NCBI GenBank assembly: GCA_937625935.1
Contig: OW569362.1
Location: forward strand, 434,001 to 498,000
Source of the DNA: Tetramitus jugosus
Lineage: Eukaryota; Protista; Heterolobosea
Direction of reading: 5' to 3'
Length of the DNA stretch: 64,000 bases
The notes under the pieces were generated by a model. It saw only the letters and a program-made list of their open reading frames with translations, did no database searches and was not told where the DNA came from. Numbering within the stretch: position 1 is the stretch's first letter; every line of letters starts with the position of its first letter. Both the position numbers and the translations under genes were made by a program. Shown piece by piece: positions 44,896 to 56,240 of this stretch.

Positions 44896-45561
44896 ATGGC
44901 GATAGAGAAGAACGAATCAGATGAGGTGAGGATCAGTGATGATCATAAGATAAGAACTCTTGGGGTTATTGAGGAAAAGTTGAGGAATATGTCAAGCAGT
45001 GACCAAGAATTTCGATTCTTGCATAAACTGTTGCACAAGACTCGTTATTTTGAAGAGGAACTGAAGCATCTAGCCAGTTCTTCTTCTTCTACATTTGGTC
45101 AGGTTGATGACGATCGTCAATTTGAATTACAATTGCGAAATAAGATTCAAATGGCGAAACAAAAATTTTTATCGTCGACGTCAAACAAAAGAAACAGTGG
45201 AACACTGTCCAATAGCAATCACCAGCTAGCAAACAAGAATGAGAGTCAAAGCTCTTCACTCAATTTGAGCTCTAAACTTGATCAGTCAAACAAAAAGAGT
45301 GGTCAGACAGGTAAGGAGACGGCAACTGCTGTTCAATTGTATCGTCATATTGATACGATGAAGTGGATACGGTTCTTGTCAAGGAATACTCTGGGAAAGA
45401 TGGATCCTTTTTGGAGTATATTGTTGTTGGTTGGTGGTTCATCGATTGCAACGTTTGGTCAATTGTTGCGACTCTTGGCAGCCAATCGTCGAGTTTCTGA
45501 GAGAAATTATGCCAATTCGAGTGGTCCTAATGGACAGGTACTGTTCAGGAGTCGATTATGA
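44896..45561 (+). CDS. Hypothetical protein with a C-terminal hydrophobic segment
   Basis: 221-aa ATG ORF, divergent from hyccin. Confidence 0.6.
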   Translation: MAIEKNESDEVRISDDHKIRTLGVIEEKLRNMSSSDQEFRFLHKLLHKTRYFEEELKHLASSSSSTFGQVDDDRQFELQLRNKIQMAKQKFLSSTSNKRNSGTLSNSNHQLANKNESQSSSLNLSSKLDQSNKKSGQTGKETATAVQLYRHIDTMKWIRFLSRNTLGKMDPFWSILLLVGGSSIATFGQLLRLLAANRRVSERNYANSSGPNGQVLFRSRL

Positions 45562-45857
45562 GGCAAATGATGATAGATGTCAAAGTATACAATCCACTAT
45601 TTGAATCATGGTCGAGTTTTCTTTGCAACATATAATTGAATGCCCATTTTTCGTTCGAACTAACATCACGGATGACTGATTTGAAGTTCTGAGTGTGATG
45701 TTAGATCCATATACAGTATACGAGTCGTATGATCACAATTATTGTAAATAGAAATACAACGGTCACCGATGCCAGCTTCGGGCAAATACGCCATCTCCTC
45801 AGCATCCGATAAAAATTGATCGCACCGAAGAATTGAATACAAGAAAAATACGAAAAG

Positions 45858-46262
45858 ATGTTGCTGTATCGAGTTGCCTCCATCAAAAAGTTGTTGATCC
45901 CACACAAGAGAGCATATTGTTCCTTGAACTCTGTTGATCAGAGGAGAAATCATGAGAAGGCAGAAAGGAAACTTTACAATGACAACAAGAAGAACTCTGA
46001 CAACCGTATGAACAAGATTGTTGACTACGCATCAAAGATTGAAGAACAGCAATCTCGTCCAGAATTTGTGGATGAGCACGTGGCCAAAGGAACACAAGGG
46101 CTCAGTGAAGAAGAGTTCCGAAGGGAGATTTTGGAGAAGAGATTGGATATCGAGTTTGGTACAAATGGTCAACCAGAAGTTGCATCCACTTCAAAAGAAA
46201 GAATTGTTGATGAAGGAGAGTATGAGAAGCGAGTACCATTGAATCAAGATCTAAACTTTTGA
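45858..46262 (+). CDS. Small hypothetical protein, possibly mitochondrial
   Basis: MLLYRVASIKKLLIPHKRAYCS is a presequence-like N-terminus; AATAAA follows the stop. Confidence 0.6.
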   Translation: MLLYRVASIKKLLIPHKRAYCSLNSVDQRRNHEKAERKLYNDNKKNSDNRMNKIVDYASKIEEQQSRPEFVDEHVAKGTQGLSEEEFRREILEKRLDIEFGTNGQPEVASTSKERIVDEGEYEKRVPLNQDLNF

Positions 46263-46328
46263 GTTGAGGAGCTTTGTAATAAACATCTTCATGTAAAATA
46301 AAATCCTAAAAAGTTGTGAACCGGAACT

Positions 46329-48581
46329 CTAATTAAATAGCAGATCAGTGAACCGTCCACTCTCTGGCAGTTGTGGAGAGTCAGTGGACGAAGGAGTTGT
46401 AGGTAAATACTCTATCGTCACACTTGATTCATTTTGGGGCATGTACTGAACATCTCTACCTGCCAGCAAGTCCAAGAAACTTGCAGTCGAAGGAGAACTT
46501 GCAATGGGAGTCGTATCTTGTACTTGAATCTCTTCGGAAGGATGAAAAGTGCTCACACATGGATCAATCTTGAATTTCGGTGGTTCCGATTTCAAGCCAT
46601 GTGACTTACTTGCCTGTTCGATGAGAACAGGTTTGGCTTCCATAATTTGACGCAGGTGATCAATAGTTTGCATTCGCTTTCTATTCAAGTCCTGATCCAG
46701 CAACAGCGTCTTGCTCTTGAATTGCCACAGTGCTTCTAAAAATTTTTGAAAACTAGTCTTCTGATATATGGGATAAAATATCGAATGCCTCTGTTCGTAT
46801 GGTATAGCATATGTCTGTGGCACAGTCAAATGATCAATAATAAACTCATCGTTCATGTAATCGACCCTCTCAATCTCTACCCAGACAAATGAACGCTCAG
46901 CATTTTGTCTCACTCTCACAAAGTGATCCTTTTGGTCATTGAATACACTGACACTGTGACTGGACACTAGTCGGACATCGCATTGAAGAATCCACTCGAG
47001 TAACGTGCGCCATATAGGTTCCGTGTTCTTTGGAACCAGTTGCAATATGGAGAAATTGTTCTTGAGTGTGTCCAACGAGTATTGAGATAAGTTACGAAAT
47101 GCTTCATTGCATCCAATGAGATTAAATGTCCGCGTGTCCCACACAACAATAGGCTTGCCTAGATTACTCACACCTGCTCCATTCCTATCAAACAGCATAT
47201 CCCACATATCAATTGAGACTTCGTTTCGAACAGGACGCTGTCCCGTTCTATAATACAGCATGATTTGATTAATCGAAATCATGCGATTGTTGCTTCTTTG
47301 ACGACTCCGATTCTCAAGCACTCCACCCTTATTCCTATTGTTCTTTTTGTTGACGACAATCGTTGTTTCTTTGCCATCCTTCTTCTCGGTACCATTATCC
47401 TCAGCCTCATCATCATCACCGTCAAGATTATCATTCCGTTGGTGATATGTCATCCCAGATGGCAACAAAACCTCCATCGGAGGAGTAACAATCACTCGTT
47501 TGTTCGCAAGTGCATCCACCAGTTTCCTATTCTGCTCCACGAGCTTGTTCAGTGATCGCTGAGCCATTTCGAGCTCAAATTTCGCATCATGCAACAAAAC
47601 CGACTGATAATACTTGTTCTGTTCCGGATTTTTGTCATTCTTTTTAATTTTTTCAATCATGGAGCGTCGAAGTCTCTGCTTAATCAACCGTTCTTCCTCT
47701 TCACTCACACCATCATTCTCTTCACCATCATTTTCATTTTCATCATTTTCATTCTCACTTACAGTAGCTCTACTACTACTTCTACTACTACTACTAGAAG
47801 TCAAATGATCCCCTATTGGTTGTTGTTGTTCAACAAGGTTATTGAACAAGGATGAAAAATAGGGATCTACTAAACCAGTGGATGACGAAGAAGATGACAA
47901 TGAAACTTCTGAATCAAGTAGAATATCAAAGCAGTCATTATCATCATTATCTTCTTCATTGTTATTAACACTATGATTTTTATGCTTATTCACATGTATC
48001 GTATCATGTGATGAATTTGTGGTCCAATTGAATCCTGGAAAGAGAAGCATTGATGACTTCTTGTCATCATTTTCAATATCATCATAGTTACCTAGTTCAC
48101 TCAAATGATCAAATGTTTCGTTATTGTCATATTGAATGATATCTGATAATATTTTTTGCTTTTGTTGCTTCTTTTGTAGCTTTTGTTGTTGTTGTTCGAT
48201 GGTCGTAGAAGAAGTTGAACCTGCTGATGATGATTTTTTACTTGTTTGATAAAATGGGATTGCTTCTTCTTCTGCTTCTGTACGTTTTCGCTTCATTGAT
48301 CCACTCTGACTACTATTGTTATGAGTATTAGTATTTATTATTGTTGTTGTTGTTGTGCTGTGCGAAGGAACAAGCGGTTGTTGTTCCATACTAAAATAAT
48401 GAGATGACGACAGTTGTGGAATCGTGTTGTGTGGCAGTGGAGGTTGTGGTTTTTTGCTTCTTTTGCGCTTGGGTTGCCACGGTACAATGTTGCCCAGAGG
48501 CAGTGAAGTGGTTGAATTCGAGTGATGTCCTTCCTTTATCTTTTTAGTTGTTTTTGTAGTACCGTCGTTGTCCTTTTTCAT
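46329..48581 (-). CDS. Putative nuclear regulator with a coiled coil and a PAS-like domain
   Basis: NLS-like KRKRSKK and MKRKR; heptad segment AKFELEMAQRSLNKLVEQNRKL; KPIVVWD..TFNLIGCNEAFRNLSQYSLDTL matches the PAS start motif (NxAFxxLxGY). Confidence 0.7.
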   Translation of the reverse strand: MKKDNDGTTKTTKKIKEGHHSNSTTSLPLGNIVPWQPKRKRSKKPQPPLPHNTIPQLSSSHYFSMEQQPLVPSHSTTTTTIINTNTHNNSSQSGSMKRKRTEAEEEAIPFYQTSKKSSSAGSTSSTTIEQQQQKLQKKQQKQKILSDIIQYDNNETFDHLSELGNYDDIENDDKKSSMLLFPGFNWTTNSSHDTIHVNKHKNHSVNNNEEDNDDNDCFDILLDSEVSLSSSSSSTGLVDPYFSSLFNNLVEQQQPIGDHLTSSSSSRSSSRATVSENENDENENDGEENDGVSEEEERLIKQRLRRSMIEKIKKNDKNPEQNKYYQSVLLHDAKFELEMAQRSLNKLVEQNRKLVDALANKRVIVTPPMEVLLPSGMTYHQRNDNLDGDDDEAEDNGTEKKDGKETTIVVNKKNNRNKGGVLENRSRQRSNNRMISINQIMLYYRTGQRPVRNEVSIDMWDMLFDRNGAGVSNLGKPIVVWDTRTFNLIGCNEAFRNLSQYSLDTLKNNFSILQLVPKNTEPIWRTLLEWILQCDVRLVSSHSVSVFNDQKDHFVRVRQNAERSFVWVEIERVDYMNDEFIIDHLTVPQTYAIPYEQRHSIFYPIYQKTSFQKFLEALWQFKSKTLLLDQDLNRKRMQTIDHLRQIMEAKPVLIEQASKSHGLKSEPPKFKIDPCVSTFHPSEEIQVQDTTPIASSPSTASFLDLLAGRDVQYMPQNESSVTIEYLPTTPSSTDSPQLPESGRFTDLLFN

Positions 48582-48783
48582 TGTGCTTCGAGGTCACGTC
48601 GCTGTTGTTTCTGAACTAATGGTGGTTTGGTTTCTCTCGGTTTGGATTTTTTTGAGTGTTTTGGACAAATGACAGAAAAGCAATGTCCCAGTGTCCCGGT
48701 ATCTTTTTGTCCGCTGAGGAATTTCTCTGTTCCCGAACTGTTCTGATTGGAACTGATATCGGACAAGAGTAACTGACCCGAGT

Positions 48784-51700
48784 TTATTCAATGAGATAAC
48801 TGTACACCAAACGTGTTTTGGCTATGCCGTGCAAAGAATCGTCAATCTCTGCTGTGGCGTCATCTGATCGTTGTTCCGCATCAAGTGTCGCTTTTGCCAC
48901 AAGTTCATCAAATGCGGTCATGCTGCTCATGCGGGAGTGGAGGATAGACAGGCAACTATCTTTGAGCAGTGTTAACATCTCTCGCTTCTCCTTCATTGAC
49001 TCGACAAGTGATGCCAACATTCCTGGCACCCAAGACCTCCAATAACTGCTTCTCTCTAATTTACAAAATATATATACAATAGCAGATATCACTTCCTTGT
49101 TGCTGGTCAAGTTATTGTGGTCTACGCTCTGAGTAATCGAACACAGTTGCTCCAATCGATAGAAACAATTCTCTGAAAAAGCAAGTTCTCTCTTCAAGTC
49201 CTGATATATCGTCTCTCGTACTAAATGAATCAGAATATTGAGGAATTGGTGAGTCGTTGAATGACTAGATTGACCATATTCTTCATTCATGATATTACTG
49301 GACAGCGAGTCGCAATTCGTTAATCGCATTGTTGTTTCCTGTATCATTTGTAATCGGCGATAAATACTTAATCCTGCAACAATTGTGTGCAACAATCGAT
49401 AGCCAGATGAACTTGCTCCTGAAAACTTTCCCGTTGTCGAATCAATCAAATGATCTAAAATATTTGAGCCTTGGTCCTGTTCGAGACTGAATTGGTCGAT
49501 TCTGACGCCAAGAAAATGATCGAGAAGACTTATGGGCGATCTGTACAACGAAGCACGCCCAAAGGAATATTTCCAATTCATCTTGTACCAACTCGCAAAT
49601 TTTCGATCCACAATCTCTTCCACTTTGAGTTCTTCAATTTTAACTCGATATCGGTAAAGAGGTGTCAACAGTTCATTTTCTTGCTCGATTTCACGGCATC
49701 TTTGTTCTGCGTACTCCTCGGATGGATCAACATAGCGGAAGGAAGCACTGAATTCAGAGATTGGATCTAGATCCCTCAGTCGATACTTGGTACTCTCCTT
49801 CGTCATTGTTAAATACTGAATCAGTCTTTGTTTGTCTTGATGTCTGAGTTCGTCTGCTGTGAGATTAGATCCATCCGATTCATCGAGTACAACCAAAAAG
49901 CCCGATGAGTGCGATAAGCGCTCTATACCTTCATTGCTAAAGTGAGATATAATGTGTGGGGCGCTGAAATCATTCACCATCTGCTCAATGCTTGGTGTAA
50001 AGAACAGTATGAGTTTTTCTCGAAAATTGTCAAGCCATTCATATGAATGAGACGTATTATCGTTATTAGTCGATCGTCGATCCCACCACTGTACCTTCAG
50101 AGAAAGAAGTTGAAATATTGTATTGTACGTCTGATATCTCTCCTTTGAAAAATCGTTCGAGATGATCACTAAGGCATCTGCTTCTGAGGATTTTTCTAGG
50201 TTGATACCAGGTACAGCCTGAATGGAACAGCTTGTCTCACGAATCAAAAATGATCCATAGAACAATAAGATGTTCCAATGATAATCTTCATAGAAATTCA
50301 CTTCATATCCCATATTGAAATCGGTTGTTACATCGACAGATTCTTGTGCTTCAATAGTATCTAACTCGTGTACTACTCCTCCGTTCCAATTGGTTCCGTT
50401 TATAAACTCGATGGGCGCACTGCATTGAATTCGTAATTGCAGCTTAGATTTGGTCCTTCCTTTGGTCATACCATTGAATAACGTTATTTTCAATTGAGAG
50501 CTATCACCACAACTAACTTGAGGTTGATGCGACACATCCATTTGGATAGGAAAACCGACACTAACTACAGCACTCACACAACTTCGAGGGAAGAGACGAC
50601 CGAAAATATCAACTTGAAGTTGAATGTTCGTGTCTAACTTTGTACTCCAATCGTGTTGAATTTGGTCCGAGATGGTAATTTCGAGAGCGCTAGGTGAAGT
50701 ATAGGTATGATATGGAGCAATATCTGGCAATATGATTACGTCATCACTCTGCACGAACGGATTGGATTTACAGGTGATTCTTGCCCCCATTGGCAACACT
50801 AGTCCTCCGTCATTACTGACTTTGATGTTGTCAATGATTAGATGTTGTCCTGGCTCGATAACTCCACCGTCCTCGTCCTTTGAGCGAATATCAAACGAGA
50901 GTATTTTGAGATCGTACATTGAAGATGCTGATTCGATAATATTTCCATCTCTATCAATGATGTTGTAGGTAATTGAACCATCGAATCCCTGTAAACCATC
51001 TCTACATTCATTGCCATCACTTCCTCTTCTACCATTAGCTCCACTTTTACCATCTTGGCCCGTCACTCCAACCGAATCTGAGAAACCCAATCCACCCTTT
51101 CCGCCTGTGAAGAAATGTTAAAGTTAGGTCATTAGAATACTTAATAATTTCAACTAAACACACATACCTTTGCCACCTTGACCAGCACTCAGGACAGTAC
51201 CAGCTGAGCCAGCTCGACCCGACTTGCCTCCCGAGCCACCGGATACACTACAATCCACTAGAGCAAGCAAACGAGAATCACTTGTCGTGAGTGTGAGATG
51301 GCCACCTGAACCACCATTACCAGCAGCTCCTGCATTACCACCGTTTCCAGAATCACCGCTCGCTCCACCATTTCCTCCATCTCCTCCGTTTCCAGGCATA
51401 ATAAATTCATCGCCATTTGAACCATTACCACCTGTTCCGCCATTACCACCATTTCCAGAATCACCGCCCTTTCCACCATGACCGCCATTGCCTCCCCGTC
51501 CACCATTTGCTTTCACCAATAACTTACCCATCTTGTTCTTGACATTTAAATCAAACACTTGGATATTGGGACTGGGCACATGAGATTCATCCAATTCTGG
51601 AATGACTGACACTCGGAGCAAATCAGGTGATCCAGAGAGTGAAATGGTGCTCGATGTCGCATCTTTACCATTCTCACCATCACCACCGTCCATTCCATCT

Positions 51701-52077
51701 TGGCCATCACCTCCACAGCAACCTCTTTTGCCCTTTTTTCCATTCTGTCCTAATTGTTGTTGTTGTTCAGCATTTTGTCCATTAGTGTGACTATCATCAG
51801 TCATGGCTTGTTGTTGTTGTTGTTGTTGCAGAGGAGCTTTTGAAGCGTGCTTACCTGATGCACCATCAGATCCATCTCTTCCATTCAACCCTGATCGACC
51901 ACTCATATCAATCATGAACACATAATTGGATGACAATTGTTCATTAAAGTAGCCTTGAGTGATCCAAGAGGAATTATCATCTTCACTCATTGACGATGGT
52001 GGACACTTGTAATGTATGCTTGTAGTTGTTGTGTCGCTGTTGTTGACCACCATTTTTGTCCAAACAGGAGAGGACAT
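48784..52077 (-). CDS. Gly-rich (G-G-x repeat) protein with downstream Ig-like and alpha/beta domains; intron 51105-51167
   Basis: GGxGGxG runs alternating with short beta-strands; [25 protein letters not shown]; the GT-AG intron joins the two ORFs in frame (KG|GKGGLG). Confidence 0.8.
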
Positions 52078-52332
52078 GACTAACTAACTCGATGTTGTTG
52101 ATTGATATGTATTATTTTACTTTTGTTATTTACAGGAACGATATTATGTTACAAGGATTTTTCAGATAATAATGATGAGTGAACTGTGATCGCAAGTTCT
52201 TTCATTCATGCAGTGAATGTTGTTGTTGGAAGCTGAGCGTGTGTTTTTTGTGTGTTTGCGGAAGCTAAAAATGAACTTTTCAGTTCAGCAGAAAAGAGCC
52301 AAGTCGAAAACACACAGCACGCGTTGATTTGT

Positions 52333-53464
52333 TTATTCGTCTTCTTCGGAACCGTCATCATCACCATCCACTTCCTTGTTCTGTTCCTTCAATTGTTCCA
52401 ACAAGACACTCAATGAGTGGTCATCCTTTTCGTTGACAACTCTTGGTGCAGCCTTCACAACCAAATTACCATCATACTCCTTCATCGTTTGTTCAATGGT
52501 CTTAATTGCCTTTTCTAGTGTTTCGAGACCACGGGTCTTGTCATGTGATGTAGTCACCATGACATAGAGTGGTGGAGCGACAAGAGTAATCTTGATTGGC
52601 ATGTCATCAGTGCTCAAATCTTCTCCCTTGTGCAAAGCTTCCTTGATCGCATCGATACCAGCCTTGGAGAAGCATGTGACTTCAATATCAGCACGCATCT
52701 TGACTGGTTGAGGCTTCAACTTGTGTTGAATAATTTCCAACAGTTCCTTCCTGATGTTCTCATTAGGGAATTCGATATTTTCCAAAACTTGATCAGGTTC
52801 AGTGATGGCAGCCTTGAATGCATCAAAAGCATGACCATACTTTCTATATAGTGGCCAACCAATCTTCTCATACAAGAATTCAATATCATTGTTTGTTACT
52901 TCAGCCAAATGACGCATCACAGAGTGAACAGCCTTTGATTTGTTGTATTTTTCTTCCAACTTTGGAATGTCTTCTGGTGCAACCTTACTCTTGGACAAAT
53001 CAATGTAGCCTATTGTTATTGTTATTGTTGTTGTTATGATGAGAGTCGATATTTTTTCATGTGATATGTGTTATGTGAAAATGATCATCATGGCGATCAA
53101 TCAAAAAAAATCATTGCGTCAAGTCAAAAAAAAAACAAGCGTGTCAGAGAGAGGTGAAGAACACGAATGATCAAAAATGTGTTGAGCGCTCACATTAGAA
53201 AACAGATAAAAACGTACCCTTTTCAGTATCGACTCTCAGGACAACGACAGCTTCTTGTCTACCGACACGAATCAATTGGGAAACAGAACGAATTCTCTTT
53301 CTGCTCAATTCACCAGACAAGATCAAACCTTCAATACCATCGTACTCCAATAGGGAAACATAGGCACCAATTTCAGAAATACTCTTGACACGGACCATGA
53401 CCAAATCGTCATTTTCTGGGTACTTTTGCTCGTAGAATCTGCAGTTCAAATTTTTTTTGCTCAT
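52333..53464 (-). CDS. EIF2S1: Translation initiation factor eIF2-alpha; intron 53010-53217
   Basis: [67 protein letters not shown]. Confidence 0.97.
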
Positions 53465-54792
53465 TATTGTGATTTGCTATTTGTTGTTGTTGCTTGAGAA
53501 GTTTGTGTGATTTTTTTTCGTTTTTGCGATAATACCCCTCTTGCAGCTGGAGATTGAACCGGAGTGGAGAATCAGAGAATTTTTTTTGAATCAAAAAACA
53601 CCGACAACGATCATACAACGGCAAGTGATTCAGAGTGTACGAAGGATGACGATACAATCTTATTTCAAATTGATCAGCTGCAATTTCCTTCAAAGTTGCT
53701 TCTCGAACAGCACCGAGGTGTAGATTGCGCAGATGTCAAATTCAATTTTGAGTATCGATTGTTTTCTGAAGGAGATGTCGAAGGAGATGTCGCCACCAAC
53801 CTAGCGTAATCCATTACAAAAAGGAGTGGTCGAGAAAAACTTTACCAAACAAATGAAAAAGGTTATTACACTGCTGTCTGTGCGGTCTATGGTTTCATGA
53901 TTGTTTCTCTTTGAGATCCCACTTTCTTAGACTTTCATTATCCAACTCTGAGCCCTCTCCCAACTTAGGATCATACTTAAGTATTACTACTTTCAGGAAA
54001 TGATTGCCTTCCTCGCCCATGGGGATGAATGGGAATACAACTGACGAGTCTTCCTCGAAATACTAAGAATTGTACATAATAAAATCGATCCTCTGCAACG
54101 GATTGAGGGACCCAAGAATGATTTTCCTTGAAGGAGCTAATTCTAAATCAGAAATTAGTTCAATTACTGCGGTAATGAAAAACTTTTGATATTTCCTGGT
54201 GATACATACCCTGCGTTGGGTCACGACCAGTCGTAGTTCGGAAAAACAGGAGTTTTTTTGGATCAACTAACGCCGACAGTGACAAAACTCCAACAATCAT
54301 GAAGCTGAAGATTTGAGTGGGCTCACGTGATGATGACGAGTGATCATATTTAAGAAGTCACTTTTCTCTCATCTTCACACAGTGGAATGATACTATTGGA
54401 TGATCATAACCTCTCCAAAATTTCTTGATAATCCAGCTTTGTCAAATTAAAATTAGATTATCCAAAATAAGATACTCCTTGAACGTTGACCCACGTCCAT
54501 ATCTATCCATCTGACAACGTTTGGATAGATCTCGAAAGACAATAAATGGCTCGCTCACAGTTCTCTTTTGAAAGCAGCAAGAACACTCATAATAACACCA
54601 ATTATTTGTCTGCTTCTTCCTCTGTCTCAGACAAAATAATAGAATAAGAACAAACAACCATAATATTAGCTATTATCAAAGAAGAAGTGCTCCTACCTCG
54701 GCGAATCATTTTCTACCACACATAACTAATAGAAGAACTAACAACAAGATCAACTGAACAATTACCACGTACACACTACCATATCTCATTGC

Positions 54793-56175
54793 ATGTCTCA
54801 ACCAACATCTGCTCCTCCTCAATTATCCAACATGAATCACATGTTTGCTCCTTCTCCTCACCATCACCATCCTCACCATCATCACCACCAATCCCATGAT
54901 AACAATAACAATAATAGTAATAATGCTAATAGTAGTAGTAGTAGTGGTAGAGCGATAAACAATAACACGACAAGCATCAATGTTGTTGGAACTTCATCTT
55001 CGAGAGCTCTTCCTGGCATTCTCGATGATAATAGTAATAATAATAATAGACCTACAATCTCCGCCTACAATCCAATGACCAAGAATCAATTTCTGCAGCA
55101 CGTCATACACAACCATATCCAACAAGTCAAGGTTGCACTGGATCATCAACCTGATCTTATCCATGCCAAAACAACAGATCATTTTCATTACACTGCACTG
55201 CACAGGGCATCTCAGTTGGGGTTCATTGAAATTGTGGACTTGTTGTTGAACAAGGGAGCTGATATCAATGAATTGAGTGATAGAGTCTCATGGAGAGCTT
55301 GTTTGTTGGCTGCCAAGCACGGACATGTTCACGTGGTCAAGAGTCTGTTGGACGCAGGTGAAGATGTGAACGTTCAGTTGGCCTACACGAAAAATCGGTT
55401 CACTTGTCTCCATTTTGCTGCACAGTATGGTCACTCTGACCTTGCGCGCATGCTGCTACAGGATTACAAGGCAAGAATCGATATTGTGAGTGCGAATGGG
55501 TTGCGGCCGATTCACACTGCGGCCAACTTTGGCAATTTTGAGATTGTTGACTTGATATTGGCCGCTGGAGAGAACATTAATGAACGACATAATTCACCAT
55601 GGAAATATACACCATTGCACTGGGCTGTGCAAGAGAATAAGACTAACACCGTAGAGCTTTTGTTAAAGAGAGGTGCCGATGTGAATTCAGTGACGGGCAA
55701 CACAAACTTGACTCCGTTGATACAATCCGCGACAAAGAATTTTCCTGATATTGCGCGGTTGTTGCTGGCGTACGGTGCGGATTATCGTATCGCCAATAAG
55801 CATGGTCTGAGGGCTGTCCATATTGCTGCCAGTAGCAACAGCGTGGAGGCATTGCGTGTCATACTTGATCATGCTTCTCCATCAGAGCTCTATGCTCTCG
55901 CCAAGAGCAATGCCAGAGAGTGTGATCCTCTGCGGTTTGCGATCACAGCAAAAGCCAAAGATTGCGTACTAGAGTTGATCAATCGAGGAGTGAATACGAA
56001 TGGAGTGTTGGAATGGATGGAAGAGTGGGATCTCATCTCCAAGAACCCCTGCCCGATACTAGAAACAATACGAAATCATGAGGCCTCCATCGTTTACCGT
56101 CGTGGAATCGTGATGCAGAATTGTGCTGCCACTAAGAAATTTGTAGATATTGAAATCATTACCCAAACAATGTAA
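54793..56175 (+). CDS. Ankyrin-repeat protein
   Basis: About 8 repeats: TALHRAS..G..EIVDLLLNKGADIN, TPLHWAV...LLLKRGADVN and similar. Confidence 0.93.
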   Translation: MSQPTSAPPQLSNMNHMFAPSPHHHHPHHHHHQSHDNNNNNSNNANSSSSSGRAINNNTTSINVVGTSSSRALPGILDDNSNNNNRPTISAYNPMTKNQFLQHVIHNHIQQVKVALDHQPDLIHAKTTDHFHYTALHRASQLGFIEIVDLLLNKGADINELSDRVSWRACLLAAKHGHVHVVKSLLDAGEDVNVQLAYTKNRFTCLHFAAQYGHSDLARMLLQDYKARIDIVSANGLRPIHTAANFGNFEIVDLILAAGENINERHNSPWKYTPLHWAVQENKTNTVELLLKRGADVNSVTGNTNLTPLIQSATKNFPDIARLLLAYGADYRIANKHGLRAVHIAASSNSVEALRVILDHASPSELYALAKSNARECDPLRFAITAKAKDCVLELINRGVNTNGVLEWMEEWDLISKNPCPILETIRNHEASIVYRRGIVMQNCAATKKFVDIEIITQTM

Positions 56176-56240
56176 AATATAAAAACAAGCTAGAGCTACT
56201 TTTTGGTTTATAATTCCTCACTTGTTCGTTTTCTTTCGAG

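Noticed and set aside
53564-53809. 81-aa ORF with a CADVKF (BTB-start-like) motif
   Set aside because: Too short, with no remainder of a BTB domain; it lies in the eIF2-alpha upstream region.
54501-54530. Inverted repeat ATCTATCCA...TGGATAGAT
   Set aside because: A single 9-bp stem is expected by chance in 64 kb of AT-rich DNA, and there is no supporting context.
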